Positions 9,952 through 20,553 are shown, counted from the stretch's first letter. The stretch is DNA of 64,000 bases from an uncultured Chloroflexia bacterium (GCA_963809215.1 CAWEIJ010000002.1:2283228-2347227), one strand, 5' to 3'. Notes: generated by a model from the letters alone, not told the origin. Numbers and translations are program-made.

Positions 9952-11151
9952 TCAGCCGGCGATCGCTCGGACCAGGAGGAAGAAGCGGCCGCTGGAGCCG
10001 ACCTGGACATCGATGAACCCGGCGGCGCGAAGCCCGTCTGCCAGCTCATCGGCGCCGTAGAGGACCTTCGGGATCGTGAACTCGCGGCCGTCGGCCAGGC
10101 GGCGCCGGGCGAGGCCAGGCGCGGGAGGGGGCAGCCGGTCGACCGTCCCCGACGCGGGATCGGGCCGCGAGTCGATGGCCGCGTAGATCCCTCCCGGCCG
10201 CAGCCATGCCCGGGCGATCCGCAGGAACTCGGCGAGTCGAGGACGCGGAACGTGGCTGAGCCAGAACCCGGTGAAGAGCGCGTCGACCGCACGGTCCGGC
10301 GCGGCCCACGCGTCGCGCACGTGGAGGTGCGCCCGAAGCCCGTGGGCCACGAGGCGGGCGCGGGCACGGTCGAGCGGCGCGCCCGCGGCGTCGTATGCGT
10401 GCAGGTCGCCCTTCGCGGCAAGGAGCGCGGTCCACCAGCCCGTGCCGGCGGCGATCTCCACGATCTCGCCGCCGAGCGGCAGTGCGTCGAGCCACGCGGT
10501 CGCAGCGGCGAGCTCCATCTCCCAGGCCATGTCCTGGACCACGCCGTGCGAGTAGCGGCCGCGTCGGAGGTACCACTCGTCGTATTCGGCCGCCCGCGCC
10601 TCGTAATACGGGACGAGCTCGTCCTCGTGCGTGGTCGATGCGGGCGTCGCCGCGCCGGCAGGCTGGGGGGCCGGCGGCGTCGCGGCCCTCGCCACGGCGC
10701 TGGGCCGCGCACGGTCCGCAGGCTCGGCCGGCGCCCGGTCCGGCGGCCCGTGCGGGGCTTGATCCGCCGGCCCGTGCAGGGCATGGTCCGCAGGCTCGGC
10801 CGGCGCCCGGTCCGCCGGCTCACGCGGGGCCTGATGCGCCGGCCCTGGCCCCGCATAGTCGGCCGGCCCTGGCCCCGCAAGGTCCGCAGGCTCGGCTCGC
10901 GGAGCCGGCGCCTCGGCGGCCCGTCGCGCACGCTCGTCGAGCGCAGCGCGAAGCCGGAACCGGAGGAACTCGTTCGCGCCGGCCCGCCCGAGGCAGTCCG
11001 GGCAGAGCCGGGCGAGGGCCTCCAGGTCGTCCGCGTCCCGCGGCTGCCAGGACCGCCCGCACCAGAGGCAGTCGAACGGGAGCAGGCTCGCGGGCGTCAC
11101 GCTCGGCGCGGGCGTCTCCCTCCGCGCCGGGACCGCGTTCGGCTCGCTCAC
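9952..11151 (-). CDS. class I SAM-dependent methyltransferase with N-terminal CxxC..CxxC zinc ribbon and Pro/Ala/Asp-rich repeat linker
   Basis: The GTG at 11151 overlaps the upstream stop (GTGA). The N-terminus is FDCLWCGRSW..LCPDCLG. The linker is EPADLAGPGPADYAGPGPAHQAPREPADRAPAEPADHALHGPADQAPHGPPDRAPAEPAD. The C-terminus has the VEIAAGTGWWT SAM motif. Confidence 0.7.
   Translation of the reverse strand: MSEPNAVPARRETPAPSVTPASLLPFDCLWCGRSWQPRDADDLEALARLCPDCLGRAGANEFLRFRLRAALDERARRAAEAPAPRAEPADLAGPGPADYAGPGPAHQAPREPADRAPAEPADHALHGPADQAPHGPPDRAPAEPADRARPSAVARAATPPAPQPAGAATPASTTHEDELVPYYEARAAEYDEWYLRRGRYSHGVVQDMAWEMELAAATAWLDALPLGGEIVEIAAGTGWWTALLAAKGDLHAYDAAGAPLDRARARLVAHGLRAHLHVRDAWAAPDRAVDALFTGFWLSHVPRPRLAEFLRIARAWLRPGGIYAAIDSRPDPASGTVDRLPPPAPGLARRRLADGREFTIPKVLYGADELADGLRAAGFIDVQVGSSGRFFLLVRAIAG
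10713..10900. repeat. nested imperfect tandem repeats (30-nt core GGTCCGCAGGCTCGGCCGGCGCCCGGTCCG at 10713 and 10785, partial at 10881) encoding the methyltransferase linker
   Basis: Direct reading of the sequence; the repeats are in frame within the CDS. Confidence 0.7.
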
Positions 11152-12032
11152 CCGACGGGCACCCACCCGCCGGCCGGCGCCACGTCGACGAAGCCCGCCG
11201 GGTCGAAGATCTCCGCGAGCAGCTCGATCCCGTCGATCACGCGCGGCCCCGGGTCGGCGAAGTAGGCGGCCGCATCGAGCGCGAAGACCTGGCCCCGGCG
11301 CACGGCGTGGATCTCGCCCCAGCCCGGCGGGCGCGGCGCCCGCGCCCACGCCGCCTGCGTGCCCGCCAGGTCGTGATCGCGCGGCATCAGGAGCAGCATC
11401 TCGGGGTCGAGGTCGGTGACCGCCTCCCAGCTCGTGGGCGTCGCCGCCTCCCCGTGAGATCCAAGCAGGTCCCAGCCGCCCGCGCGCCGGATCTGCTCGG
11501 GCACCCAGCGGCCCGCCGCGAAGAGCGGGTCCAGCCAGTCGAGCGCGACGACGCGCGGCGGCGCGTGGCCGCCCGCCCGCCGCTGCTCGACCATCTCCTC
11601 GACGCCCGCAAGTCGCTCGCGCAGCGCCTCCACGAGGTCCAGCGCGGCGTCCTCCGCGGAGGTCATCGCCCCGACCGTCGAGATCGCGTGGAAGATGCCC
11701 TCGATGCTCGATGGGGCCAGCACAACGATCGTCGGCTCGTCCGAGCCGTCGTCGGCGGTGCCGCCGGGGCGGTGGATCGAGGCCCGCTCGGGCCGCCACC
11801 AGCCGGGCGCCAGGATGAGGTCGGGGCGCAGGTCCGCCACGCGGGCCTCGTCCACCTCGAACGGCGGAGTTGCGGCCCCGGCCGGGGACCAGCCCGCGAT
11901 GCGGCGGGCAACGATCGGGATGCGCGACGTCTCGGGCGCCCCGGCGGAGTCGGTCACGCCGACCAGGTCGTCGGCAAGCCCGAGGGCGACGACGATCTCG
12001 GTCGCCGCGCGGAGGAGCGAGACGATGCGCAT
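11148..12032 (-). CDS. periplasmic-binding-protein type 2 (BtuF / cobalamin- or siderophore-binding-like) protein without signal peptide
   Basis: It runs from [27 protein letters not shown] within ORF 11148..12419. Motifs: ..[10 protein letters not shown].. and ..[28 protein letters not shown]. No hydrophobic leader is visible. Confidence 0.6.
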   Translation of the reverse strand: MRIVSLLRAATEIVVALGLADDLVGVTDSAGAPETSRIPIVARRIAGWSPAGAATPPFEVDEARVADLRPDLILAPGWWRPERASIHRPGGTADDGSDEPTIVVLAPSSIEGIFHAISTVGAMTSAEDAALDLVEALRERLAGVEEMVEQRRAGGHAPPRVVALDWLDPLFAAGRWVPEQIRRAGGWDLLGSHGEAATPTSWEAVTDLDPEMLLLMPRDHDLAGTQAAWARAPRPPGWGEIHAVRRGQVFALDAAAYFADPGPRVIDGIELLAEIFDPAGFVDVAPAGGWVPVG

Positions 12033-12154
12033 GGCGCTCCAGGAACGACGCGACCGGCCACCCGGGGCGGGGGCCGGTCGTCGAGTCTGCGGGGGCGGCG
12101 GGATCGGCGCCGGACGGCCGCCCGGTTCGCCGCGGGACGCTCCCGTGGGCAGGC

Positions 12155-12442
<288 letters not shown>

Positions 12443-12940
12443 CTGGGGCTGCTCCTCCGCTTGGTCGGATCTGCGTTCATGCCGGCCCACGGCGCCACGG
12501 GTGCCGGTGAAGCTCGCGCGCGCCGAGCGTATCACCTCGGACCTGCGCGCGACCATCCTGCCCGCCGGGTCAGGGAGGCCCCCGGCGGGGCGGCCGGCGC
12601 GGCCCGGACGCGGGGCGCCAGGGCATCCCATCCGAGCCGATCGCGGACGATGCCGGCCATTCCGCGCTCGTCATGGTCGGAGCTACGGCGCCCCGGGGAG
12701 GATGCTGCGGGCGTCGTCAGCGACCGTCCACGCCTGTGCGTGCCGAGGCCCGAGACGCTCTGCCATCGGCGGCCGGAATCCGTTGACACCCGGCGAAGGG
12801 CCAGCGCACAGTACCGCCCCGATCGGGCGGATTCAGGAGGGTTCGCGAGATCCGGTGCCGGGACGGCGCTTGCCCCGGGTTCGATCCGTGGGGGTCTCGT
12901 TCGGCCCGCTCGTTCGAGGAGACACGTGGCCACCAACACC

Positions 12941-14033
12941 ATGTCCCGCGCGGACTCGGGTCGCACGACGCTCGGGGACCAGATCCCGGCGATCCGGCTC
13001 GTCGGCCTCCAGAAGCGGTTCGGCGACGTCGTGGCCGTCGACGGGATCGACCTCGAGGTCGCCGAGGGCGAGTTCTTCTCGATGCTCGGACCGTCGGGGT
13101 CCGGCAAGACCACGACGCTCCGCATGATCGCCGGGTTCGAGCACCCGACGGGCGGCCGGATCGAGCTGCACGGCCAGGAGGTCGACGGACCTCCCGCCGT
13201 TCGAGCGCAACGTGAACACGGTCTTCCAGGACTACGCGCTGTTCCCCCACATGAGCGTCGCCGAGAACGTGGGCTACGGGCTCCTGGTGCGCAAGGTCCC
13301 GAGGGCAGAACGGGGCAGGCGCGTCTCCGATGCGCTGGCCATGGTCCGGCTGGGCGGCTACGAGCGGCGTCGGCCGTCGCAGCTCTCGGGCGGGCAGCGC
13401 CAGCGGGTCGCGCTTGCGCGCGCGCTCATCAACCGGCCGCGGGTGGTCCTCCTCGACGAGCCACTCGGCGCGCTCGACCTGAAGCTCCGCGAGGAGATGC
13501 AGATCGAGCTCAAGACGATCCAGCGCGAGGTCGCGATCACGTTCATCTACGTGACCCACGACCAGGAGGAGGCGCTCACGATGAGCGACCGGATCGCCGT
13601 CTTCAATCACGGCCGGATCGAGCAGGTGGGCTCGCCGGCGGACGTGTACGAGCGACCCGCGACCGCGTTCGTGGCGGGATTCGTCGGCACGTCCAACCTG
13701 CTCTCCGGGCAGGCGGCGCGGGCCGTGCTGGGCGCGGACGGGACGTACACGGTGCGGCCCGAGAAGATCCGTCTCGCGGCGATCGAGGACGCCGTGCGCG
13801 ACGACGAGACGTCGGCCGTGGGCAGGATCACCGACGTCATCTACCTGGGGTCGGACACGCGCTACATCGTGGAGCTCGACGCTGGGGGCGCCCTCGTCGT
13901 GACCCAGCAGAACCTGGTGACCTCGTCGACCGAGGCGCTCGAACGCCAGGGCGACCGGGTACGACTCGTCTGGAAGCGGCAGCACAGTCTCCCCGTCCAC
14001 GGCGGCGGGGAGGATCGAGGAGGAGCACGGTGA
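12941..14033 (+). pseudogene. ABC importer ATP-binding protein (PotA / spermidine-putrescine type), one frame break near 13187
   Basis: [58 protein letters not shown] (Walker A) is in the 11870 frame. [40 protein letters not shown] is in the 13212..14033 frame. The join is ..HGQEVD|[12 protein letters not shown]... Confidence 0.85.
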
Positions 14034-15394
14034 GGACAAAGGGTCTCGCGGCCGCGCTGGGCGCGATCGCCATCATCGCGGGCGCGTGCAGCGGCAGCTC
14101 GACGCCCGCTCCGTCAGTCGCGCCGTCGGTCGCGGCATCCGTGGCTGCGTCCGTCGCGGCATCGTCTGCGCCGTCCGCGGCCGCCTCGAGCGCGCCCTCG
14201 GCCGCGGCGTCGAGCGCCCCGTCCGCGGCGCCGTCCTATTCAACCGGGTCCTACGGGACCATGACGCCGCTCAAGCCCGCGGTCGACCTGAGCAAGGTCG
14301 GCGGGCCCGGCGAGGGCGCGCTGAACATCATCATCTGGGCCGGCTACGCGGAGGATGGCTCGAACAACAAGCAGTACGACTGGGTCCATCCATTCGAGGC
14401 CGAGACCGGCTGCCAGGTCCAGACGAAGATCGGCAACACGTCGGACGAGATGGTGACGCTCCTCCGCCAGGGCGGCGGCACCGTCTACGACGGCGTGTCC
14501 GCCTCGGGCGACGCCACGAACCGGCTGATCGCGAACGGCGACGTGGCCGCGGTCGACCCGACCCAGATCCCCGGCTTCGGCGACATCGCCCCGTTCCTCC
14601 AGAACGCTCCCCATTACGTCGTCAACGGCATCCACTACGGCGTCCCGCACGGGTGGGGCGGGAACAGCCTCATGTACCGCACCGATGTCGTGAAGCCGGC
14701 CCCCACGAGCTGGAACGTCGTGTTCGACGCCACCGCGTCGAAGCCGTACCAGGGCAAGATCACGGCATACGACAGCCCGATCTACATCGCCGACGCGGCG
14801 CTCTACCTCAAGGCGCACAACCCGGAGCTGGGGATCACCGACCCGTACGAGCTGACCCAGCCGCAGTTCGACGCGGCGGTCGCCCTCCTGAAGACGCAGC
14901 GCCCCTGGGTCGGGAAGTACTGGGCGCTCTTCTCGGACGAGATCGACAACTTCAAGAACGCGGCGACGGTGGTCGGGACGACGTGGCCCTACCAGGTCAA
15001 CACCCTCAAGGGCGAGAACGTGAAGGTCGCGGCCGTCGTGCCGTCCGAGGGGATGACCGGCTGGGCCGACACGTGGATGATGTCGGCGCACGCTCCCCAT
15101 CCGAACTGCATGCTCAAGTGGATGGCCTGGATGATCACGCCCGAGGTCCAGGCGCAGGTCGCGGAGAACTTCGGCGAGGCCCCGGCCAACCCGATGGCCT
15201 GCAAGTACCTGGACGCAGGCTACGGGCCGTACGCGTTCAAGAACTTCTGCACGCTCTTCTCGGTCAACAACCCGAACTACTACTCGAAGATCGCGTTCTG
15301 GAAGACGCCGCTCGCGGACTGCGGGGACACCCGCGGCCAGACCTGCGTCGACTACTCCATCTGGTCCCAGAAGTGGACCGAGATCAAGGGCTGA
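14030..15394 (+). CDS. ABC importer substrate-binding lipoprotein (PotD/PotF polyamine-binding family)
   Basis: The GTG at 14030 overlaps the potA-like stop (GTGA). It has a lipobox AIIAGAC and an Ala/Ser/Pro repeat linker, then ..[36 protein letters not shown].. in the 11870..15394 frame. Confidence 0.8.
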   Translation: MRTKGLAAALGAIAIIAGACSGSSTPAPSVAPSVAASVAASVAASSAPSAAASSAPSAAASSAPSAAPSYSTGSYGTMTPLKPAVDLSKVGGPGEGALNIIIWAGYAEDGSNNKQYDWVHPFEAETGCQVQTKIGNTSDEMVTLLRQGGGTVYDGVSASGDATNRLIANGDVAAVDPTQIPGFGDIAPFLQNAPHYVVNGIHYGVPHGWGGNSLMYRTDVVKPAPTSWNVVFDATASKPYQGKITAYDSPIYIADAALYLKAHNPELGITDPYELTQPQFDAAVALLKTQRPWVGKYWALFSDEIDNFKNAATVVGTTWPYQVNTLKGENVKVAAVVPSEGMTGWADTWMMSAHAPHPNCMLKWMAWMITPEVQAQVAENFGEAPANPMACKYLDAGYGPYAFKNFCTLFSVNNPNYYSKIAFWKTPLADCGDTRGQTCVDYSIWSQKWTEIKG

Positions 15395-15492
15395 CGACCG
15401 GTTCCTGACGTGGCGGGCGGCGGGGTCCCGGCCGGGGATCCGCCGCCGCGTCGGGCCAGCCGGACGCTCGCAACCATCCGCTCACCGAACCG

Positions 15493-16398
15493 ATGACAGC
15501 TGCGGACGCGCACCCCGAGGGCGGCCCAGGCGTCGCGCGCCGCCTCCAGACGGCCCTGTATCGCCACCGGGCCACCCAGGTCCTGCTCCTGCTCGCCCCG
15601 CCGATGGGCTGGTTCGGCGTGATCTACCTCGGGTCGCTCGCCATCCTGTTCGTCTCGGCGTTCTGGTACCTCGACCCGCTCACCTCCGCCGTCAAGCACG
15701 AGTTCACGCTGCGCAACTTCCAGCTGCTCCTCGGCGACCCCGTCTATCGGACCGTGGCGATGCGCACGATCGGGGTGGCCGCGATCGTGACCGTGCTGGA
15801 CATCGTCCTGGCCTTCCCGATCGCCTTCTTCATGGCCCGCGTCGCGGCCGGCCGCCTGCGCGCGGTGCTCTTCGCGCTCGTGCTGCTCCCCCTCTGGTCC
15901 AGCTACCTCGTCCGCGTCTACGCCTGGCGGGTCATCCTCGGCAAGGGCGGGCCGCTCGACTGGTTCTTCGGGCTCATCGGGCTGCCTGACGTCTCGCTCG
16001 GCTATTCCGACCTGTCGATGGTGATCGTCTTCACCTACCTCTGGCTGCCGTACATGATCCTGCCCATCTTCGCCGGCCTCGAGCGAATCCCGTCGTCGCT
16101 GCTGGAGGCCTCCGCGGACCTGGGAGCCCGGTCCGGGATGACCTTCCGGCGCGTGGTCCTGCCGCTCGTCGTGCCCTCGGTCGCCGCGGGATCGATCTTC
16201 ACGTTCTCGCTGACCCTCGGCGACTACATCACGCCGCAGCTCGTCTCGAACTCGCAGTTCATCGGCAACGTCGTGTACGAGAGCCAGGGCGTCGCCGGCA
16301 ACGTGCCGCTCGCGGCGGCCTTTGCGACCGTGCCGGTCCTCGTGATGGGCGTCTTCCTCCTGCTGATGCGCCGGCTCGGCGCCTTCGAAGCGCTGTGA
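15493..16398 (+). CDS. ABC importer permease (PotB-like)
   Basis: ORF 15493..16398 has six hydrophobic segments and the EAA-like loop LLEASADLGARSGMTFRRVVLP. Confidence 0.8.
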   Translation: MTAADAHPEGGPGVARRLQTALYRHRATQVLLLLAPPMGWFGVIYLGSLAILFVSAFWYLDPLTSAVKHEFTLRNFQLLLGDPVYRTVAMRTIGVAAIVTVLDIVLAFPIAFFMARVAAGRLRAVLFALVLLPLWSSYLVRVYAWRVILGKGGPLDWFFGLIGLPDVSLGYSDLSMVIVFTYLWLPYMILPIFAGLERIPSSLLEASADLGARSGMTFRRVVLPLVVPSVAAGSIFTFSLTLGDYITPQLVSNSQFIGNVVYESQGVAGNVPLAAAFATVPVLVMGVFLLLMRRLGAFEAL

Positions 16399-16408
16399 GG
16401 GCCGCCTG

Positions 16409-17197
16409 ATGAGCCGCTTCGGCCTGCGCCTCGCGACGGTCGCCGTCCTGCTTTTCCTCTACATCCCGATCGCGATCATCGCGCTCTATGCGTTCAACGC
16501 CGACCGGGGGCAATCCTGGCCGATCACCGACTGGACGACCCAGTGGTTCGGTCTTGCCCTGGACAACCCAACGCTCCGGAGCGCGCTCTTCCTCTCGCTC
16601 GAAGCTGCCTCGGGCGCGACGATCGTCGCCCTGGTGCTGGGCACCCTCGCCGCGCTCGTCGTGCACCGCTTCCGGTTCTTCGGGCGCGAGACGGTTTCCC
16701 TGCTGCTCGTCCTCCCGATCGCCCTGCCCGGGATCGTCACGGGCATGGCGCTCAACGCCACGTTCAACACGCTCCATGTCCCGTTCAGCGTGTGGACGAT
16801 CGTGGCCGGCCATGCGACGTTCTGCGTCGTGACGGTCTACAACAACGTCGTCGCGCGCATGCGCCGCTCGTCCAGGTCGATCGAGGAGGCCTCGATGGAC
16901 CTGGGCGCCACCACCTTCCAGACGTTCCGCTACGTGACCTTCCCGGTCGTGCGCACGGCCCTGGTCGCGGGCGCGCTGCTCGCGTTTGCCCTCTCCTTCG
17001 ATGAGGTCATCGTGACGACGTTCACGGCAGGAACGCAGGAGACGATCCCGATCTGGATCCTCAACAACCTGCGCCTGCCGAACCAGCGGCCGATCGTCAA
17101 CGTCGTGGCGGTCTTCCTCGTGCTCCTCTCGCTGCTGCCGCTCTACCTCGCGCAGCGGCTGACCCGTGACGGGTCACCGGGGGGCGGGCGCGTCTGA
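16409..17197 (+). CDS. ABC importer permease (PotC-like)
   Basis: ORF 16409..17197 has the EAA loop IEEASMDLGATTFQTFRYVTFP. Confidence 0.8.
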   Translation: MSRFGLRLATVAVLLFLYIPIAIIALYAFNADRGQSWPITDWTTQWFGLALDNPTLRSALFLSLEAASGATIVALVLGTLAALVVHRFRFFGRETVSLLLVLPIALPGIVTGMALNATFNTLHVPFSVWTIVAGHATFCVVTVYNNVVARMRRSSRSIEEASMDLGATTFQTFRYVTFPVVRTALVAGALLAFALSFDEVIVTTFTAGTQETIPIWILNNLRLPNQRPIVNVVAVFLVLLSLLPLYLAQRLTRDGSPGGGRV

Positions 17198-17230
17198 CGG
17201 TCCGGCTTTGGGTGGTGCCGGGCCTGCCGA

Positions 17231-17407
17231 TCACCAGCGCTTGCCGAGAAGCGGCGTCACCACGTGCGCGGCGGTCGGCGATGGGGCGGCCGCCCGACGG
17301 CCGCCCGGGTCGGGAGACGGGCTCGCGCCGGACTGCGCGGCGGCGACGAGGACGACGCCGAGGACGATGGAACGGAGCAGGGCAGCGGCACCCGGCAGGC
17401 AGCGCAT
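17231..17407 (-). CDS. candidate small secreted protein (58 aa)
   Basis: It is not in the ORF track (under 60 aa). GGAGG lies 6 nt upstream of the ATG. Translation: MRCLPGAAALLRSIVLGVVLVAAAQSGASPSPDPGGRRAAAPSPTAAHVVTPLLGKRW. It has a signal-peptide-like N-terminus and G/C-dominated third positions. Confidence 0.35.
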   Translation of the reverse strand: MRCLPGAAALLRSIVLGVVLVAAAQSGASPSPDPGGRRAAAPSPTAAHVVTPLLGKRW

Positions 17408-17608
17408 GACACGCCTCCACGCGATGGCCGCCGGGCCGGCGGTGGGCGTGCCCCACGCGAGGGAGTCTGCCGCTCACCGCTTATCGCGGGCTTATCGGCC
17501 GCGTCCACCCATGGGCCGCGACCGGGCAACCGCGACCGGTCGGACGCGTCAATCGCCGGGCGCGACGGCGCCGGACGGCTCGGACCCCATTGCAGCCCCG
17601 TGTCCCGC

Positions 17609-17782
17609 CTACATGCCCTCGGGGGTGTAGCCCGGGTCGAGATACGTTTCCGGGTCCTCGTCGAAGTCGAGCTTGCAGCCCTTGCCGCAGAAGTAGTACG
17701 TCGTCCCGTCGTGCTCGCTCGTGAGCGTCGCCGTCTCCATGACGACCTCCATCCCGCAGACCGGGTCGATCGCGATCGCCAT
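17609..17782 (-). CDS. YHS/TRASH-domain metal-binding protein (57 aa)
   Basis: MAIAIDPVCGMEVVMETATLTSEHDGTTYYFCGKGCKLDFDEDPETYLDPGYTPEGM. GGAGG lies 7 nt upstream. The rest of ORF 17609..19369 is antisense junk. Confidence 0.8.
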   Translation of the reverse strand: MAIAIDPVCGMEVVMETATLTSEHDGTTYYFCGKGCKLDFDEDPETYLDPGYTPEGM

Positions 17783-17818
17783 GTTGCCGCCTCCTCGATT
17801 CCACCGGGCGCGATCCGG

Positions 17819-17833
17819 TACTCCCGGGGAGTA
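17819..17833. promoter_or_regulatory. 15-bp palindrome TACTCCC-G-GGGAGTA overlapping a TATACT -10-like box (17830..17835, minus strand) upstream of the YHS gene; candidate operator
   Basis: Direct reading. It has perfect 7-1-7 dyad symmetry and lies in the 89-bp divergent intergenic region between the YHS gene and the DksA/TraR gene. Confidence 0.4.
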
Positions 17834-17871
17834 TATGCGGCGGGCTGCGCATCGCGCCGGGCGAGCGTAGG

Positions 17872-18219
17872 ATGCAGGGCGTGACCGCCCCGCTCGATCC
17901 GACCGCCAGCGCCCGCGCCCGCCTCGAGGAGGTCCGTGCGGCCCTCCGGGAGGAGCTCGGGGAGGAGATCGAGGCGCCGGGGCAGATGACCTATGGGTCG
18001 CAGGCGGCCGCGGCCGCGCACGTCTTCGCCCAGCAGCGCGACCTGGCCCTCCGCGAGCAGGCCGAGCGCCGGTACCACGCCGTGGACCACGCCCTCGCTC
18101 GCCTCGCGGCCGGGACGTACTCCACCTGCGAGTCGTGCAACGGTGAGATCCCCGTGGAGCGCCACGATCTCCTGCCGTGGGCGACGACCTGCGTCGCGTG
18201 CGGCACCCGTTCGAGGTGA
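17872..18219 (+). CDS. DksA/TraR-family C4 zinc-finger protein
   Basis: ORF 17872..18219 has a coiled-coil region and then CESCNGEIPVERHDLLPWATTCVAC. Confidence 0.8.
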   Translation: MQGVTAPLDPTASARARLEEVRAALREELGEEIEAPGQMTYGSQAAAAAHVFAQQRDLALREQAERRYHAVDHALARLAAGTYSTCESCNGEIPVERHDLLPWATTCVACGTRSR

Positions 18220-18259
18220 GCCGGCGAGTCGCCCGGCGACGCACTGCGACCCCGCTCCG

Positions 18260-19252
18260 GTGAAGGCCGGGGAGGCGCTCGTCGGCCTCGACCGCATTCG
18301 CGCGGCCGCGCTCGTGCTCAGGGGCGTCGCTGCGCGGACGCCGCTCGTCGCGTTCGGCGACCCGGCCCGGCGACAGCTCCTGAAGGCCGAATCCCTGCAA
18401 CCGATCGGGGCCTTCAAGCTGCGCGGCGCCTACGTCGCGATCGCGTCGCTCGGCCCGGACGAGCTGCGACGGGGCGTCATCACCTACTCGTCGGGCAACC
18501 ACGCCCAGGGCGTGGCCCGGGCGGCGCGGCTGCTGGGCTGCCACGCGGTGGTCGTGATGCCCGCGAACGCGCCGGCGATCAAGCGCGCGCGGGTCGTCGC
18601 GGACGGCGCCGAGGTCGTCACCGTCGGAAATGCGAGCGCCGAGCGCCAGGCCGTCGCCGAGCGCCTCGCGGCCGATCGCGGTCTCGCGATCATCCCGCCC
18701 TACGACGACGACCGGATCATCGCCGGCCAGGGCACGTGCGGCCTCGAGATCGCGGAGGACGTCGACGACCTGGGCCTGGTCCTGGTCCCCATCGGCGGCG
18801 GCGGGCTCGCCAGCGGGGTCGCGGCCGCCGTGAAGGCTCTCCGCCCGGCGGCGCGCGTCATCGGGGTGGAGCCGGAGCTCGCCGCCGATGCGAAGGAGTC
18901 GCTGGCGGCGGGTCGCATCGTGGAGTGGTCCGCCGAGGACGTGTCGCGGACCATCGCCGACGGCACGCGGACACAGGCGCTTGGAATCCGCACGTTCGCC
19001 CATCTGCGTGCCCACCTCGACGGCATCGTCACGGTCTCGGAGGCGGAGATCGCGGCCGGCGTGCGCCTCGCGGCCGAGGAGGCGCGCCTCGTCGTGGAGC
19101 CGTCGGGTGCCCTTCCGATCGCGGCCCTGCGCTTCCACGCCGACGAGATCGGGCTGTCGCTGCTGCGCGGCACCGCCGTCGCCATCGTCTCTGGCGGCAA
19201 TGTCGACCCCGAGCAGTACCGGGCCCTTCTCGCGGCGCCGATCCCCGCCTGA
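18260..19252 (+). CDS. PLP-dependent threonine/serine dehydratase (threonine ammonia-lyase-like)
   Basis: It runs from the GTG at 18260 (VKAGEALVGLDRIRAA) in frame 17993..19252. Motifs: ..QPIGAFKLRGA.. (PLP Lys), ..SSGNHAQGVA.., ..PIGGGGLASG... Confidence 0.8.
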   Translation: MKAGEALVGLDRIRAAALVLRGVAARTPLVAFGDPARRQLLKAESLQPIGAFKLRGAYVAIASLGPDELRRGVITYSSGNHAQGVARAARLLGCHAVVVMPANAPAIKRARVVADGAEVVTVGNASAERQAVAERLAADRGLAIIPPYDDDRIIAGQGTCGLEIAEDVDDLGLVLVPIGGGGLASGVAAAVKALRPAARVIGVEPELAADAKESLAAGRIVEWSAEDVSRTIADGTRTQALGIRTFAHLRAHLDGIVTVSEAEIAAGVRLAAEEARLVVEPSGALPIAALRFHADEIGLSLLRGTAVAIVSGGNVDPEQYRALLAAPIPA

Positions 19253-19256
19253 GTCC

Positions 19257-20289
19257 CTAGCCCGGCGACGCGGGCGCGGCGTCCGGCGCGGCCTCGGCCA
19301 CGGCGGCCGCCCCGATCGCGGCCCGGGCGTCCTCCGCGGACTCGCGGCGCCGCGTGGCCGCCTCGTCATGACGCATCCAGGCTGCCGTCATCAGGAGCAG
19401 GGCGACCAGGAATCCGGCGTCGCCGAGGCCCCACATGATCGCTCCGGCAGCCTGCTGGTCCTCGAGGGGCGTCGGGCCCCACAGGCGTCCGGTGGTCGCG
19501 TAGTGCGGGTAGAGGACGGTGCTGGAGAAGAGGATGGCCACGCCGAGGAACGAGTTGAACGGCATCTCCAGGAACATGAAGAGGAGCCGGGCCGGGTGGC
19601 TCATTCGCCAGGGACTGGGATCGCGGCCGACCATCGGCCACCAGAAGAGGATCGAGCTCCCCAGGTAGAGCAGGTGCTCGAGGTCGTGCAGCCATGGGTT
19701 CACGAGGGCGGCGTCGAAGAGGGGGGAGAAGTGCGTTCCCCACATGACCCCGGTGAAGAGGAGCCACGCGACGAGCGGATGCCCGATGATCCGCACGACG
19801 CGCGAGTGGAGGACCGGCAGGATCCACCGCCGCCGGACTTCGGGCGTCGCGACCCGCAGCGCGAGGGTGATCGGGGCGGCCATGCACGATCGCCGGCGCG
19901 GCCAGGAAGATCAGGATCACGTGCTGCACCATGTGGACCGAGAACAGGGTCGTGTCGTAGCGCTCGATGCCCGACTGGAGGGCGACCGCGATCGCCGCCA
20001 GGCCCAGCAGGAAGAACGCCGGCCGATCCCGGGGAACGGGGTTGGCCGGATGGGCGGCGTCGACCCGTCGCACGGCCCACAGGTACGCCGCCGCGGACGC
20101 GGCGAGCGGAATCCAGATCGTCGGGTCGAATGACCAGCCGAGCACGAAGGCGGCGGCGTCGGGCGCGGCCGGTACGACGCCCCCGTGCGCCGAGGCGGCA
20201 GGGGCACCGGCCAGCAGCGCGAGCACGACCGGCGCGGCACCGAGCAGGCGACGCGTGACCGGGTGGTCTCGCCGGCGGCCGGCAGCCAA
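19257..20289 (-). pseudogene. ctaG: cytochrome c oxidase assembly factor CtaG (caa3-type), one frame break near 19884
   Basis: The N-terminal half (..RRLLGAAPVVLALLAGAPAASAHGG..FSVHMVQHVILIFLAAPAIV) is in frame 19366..20541. The C-terminal half (MAAPITLALRVATPEVRRRW..FWWPMVG..) is ORF 19257..19883. The start is uncertain (TTG 20289 or GTG 20307). Confidence 0.75.
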
Positions 20290-20553
20290 TGGTTCCGACG
20301 CCGGCACGCCCGCCGAGGGGGGCGCGTCGGGGTCGGCGGCGATGCGCCCGGCGGCGGTGCGCCTGTCGGCGGTGCGCCCGGCGGCCTGCACCCGTCGGCG
20401 GCCAGGCCGGCCCGGGACGGCCGGCGGGCATCCGACGTCCTGGTCTCGGCGCGAGTCCTGACCCTTCACGGGCGCGATTGTCGCGCGAACCCGGCCCGAT
20501 CGCGACCCTCGGAGGACCAGACGTCCCGGGGGCGGGAACACCTTCCGCGAGGG

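Noticed and set aside
12443-12940. 498-bp divergent intergenic region (ferredoxin / potA-like) as a riboswitch or sRNA locus
   Set aside because: I could not identify any conserved riboswitch core, convincing promoter pair or terminator by eye. ORFs in the region are compositional artefacts. It is left unannotated rather than guessed.
17609-19369. 586-aa minus-strand ORF
   Set aside because: Only the last 57 codons (the YHS/TRASH protein) look real. The rest is antisense to the DksA/TraR and threonine dehydratase genes.
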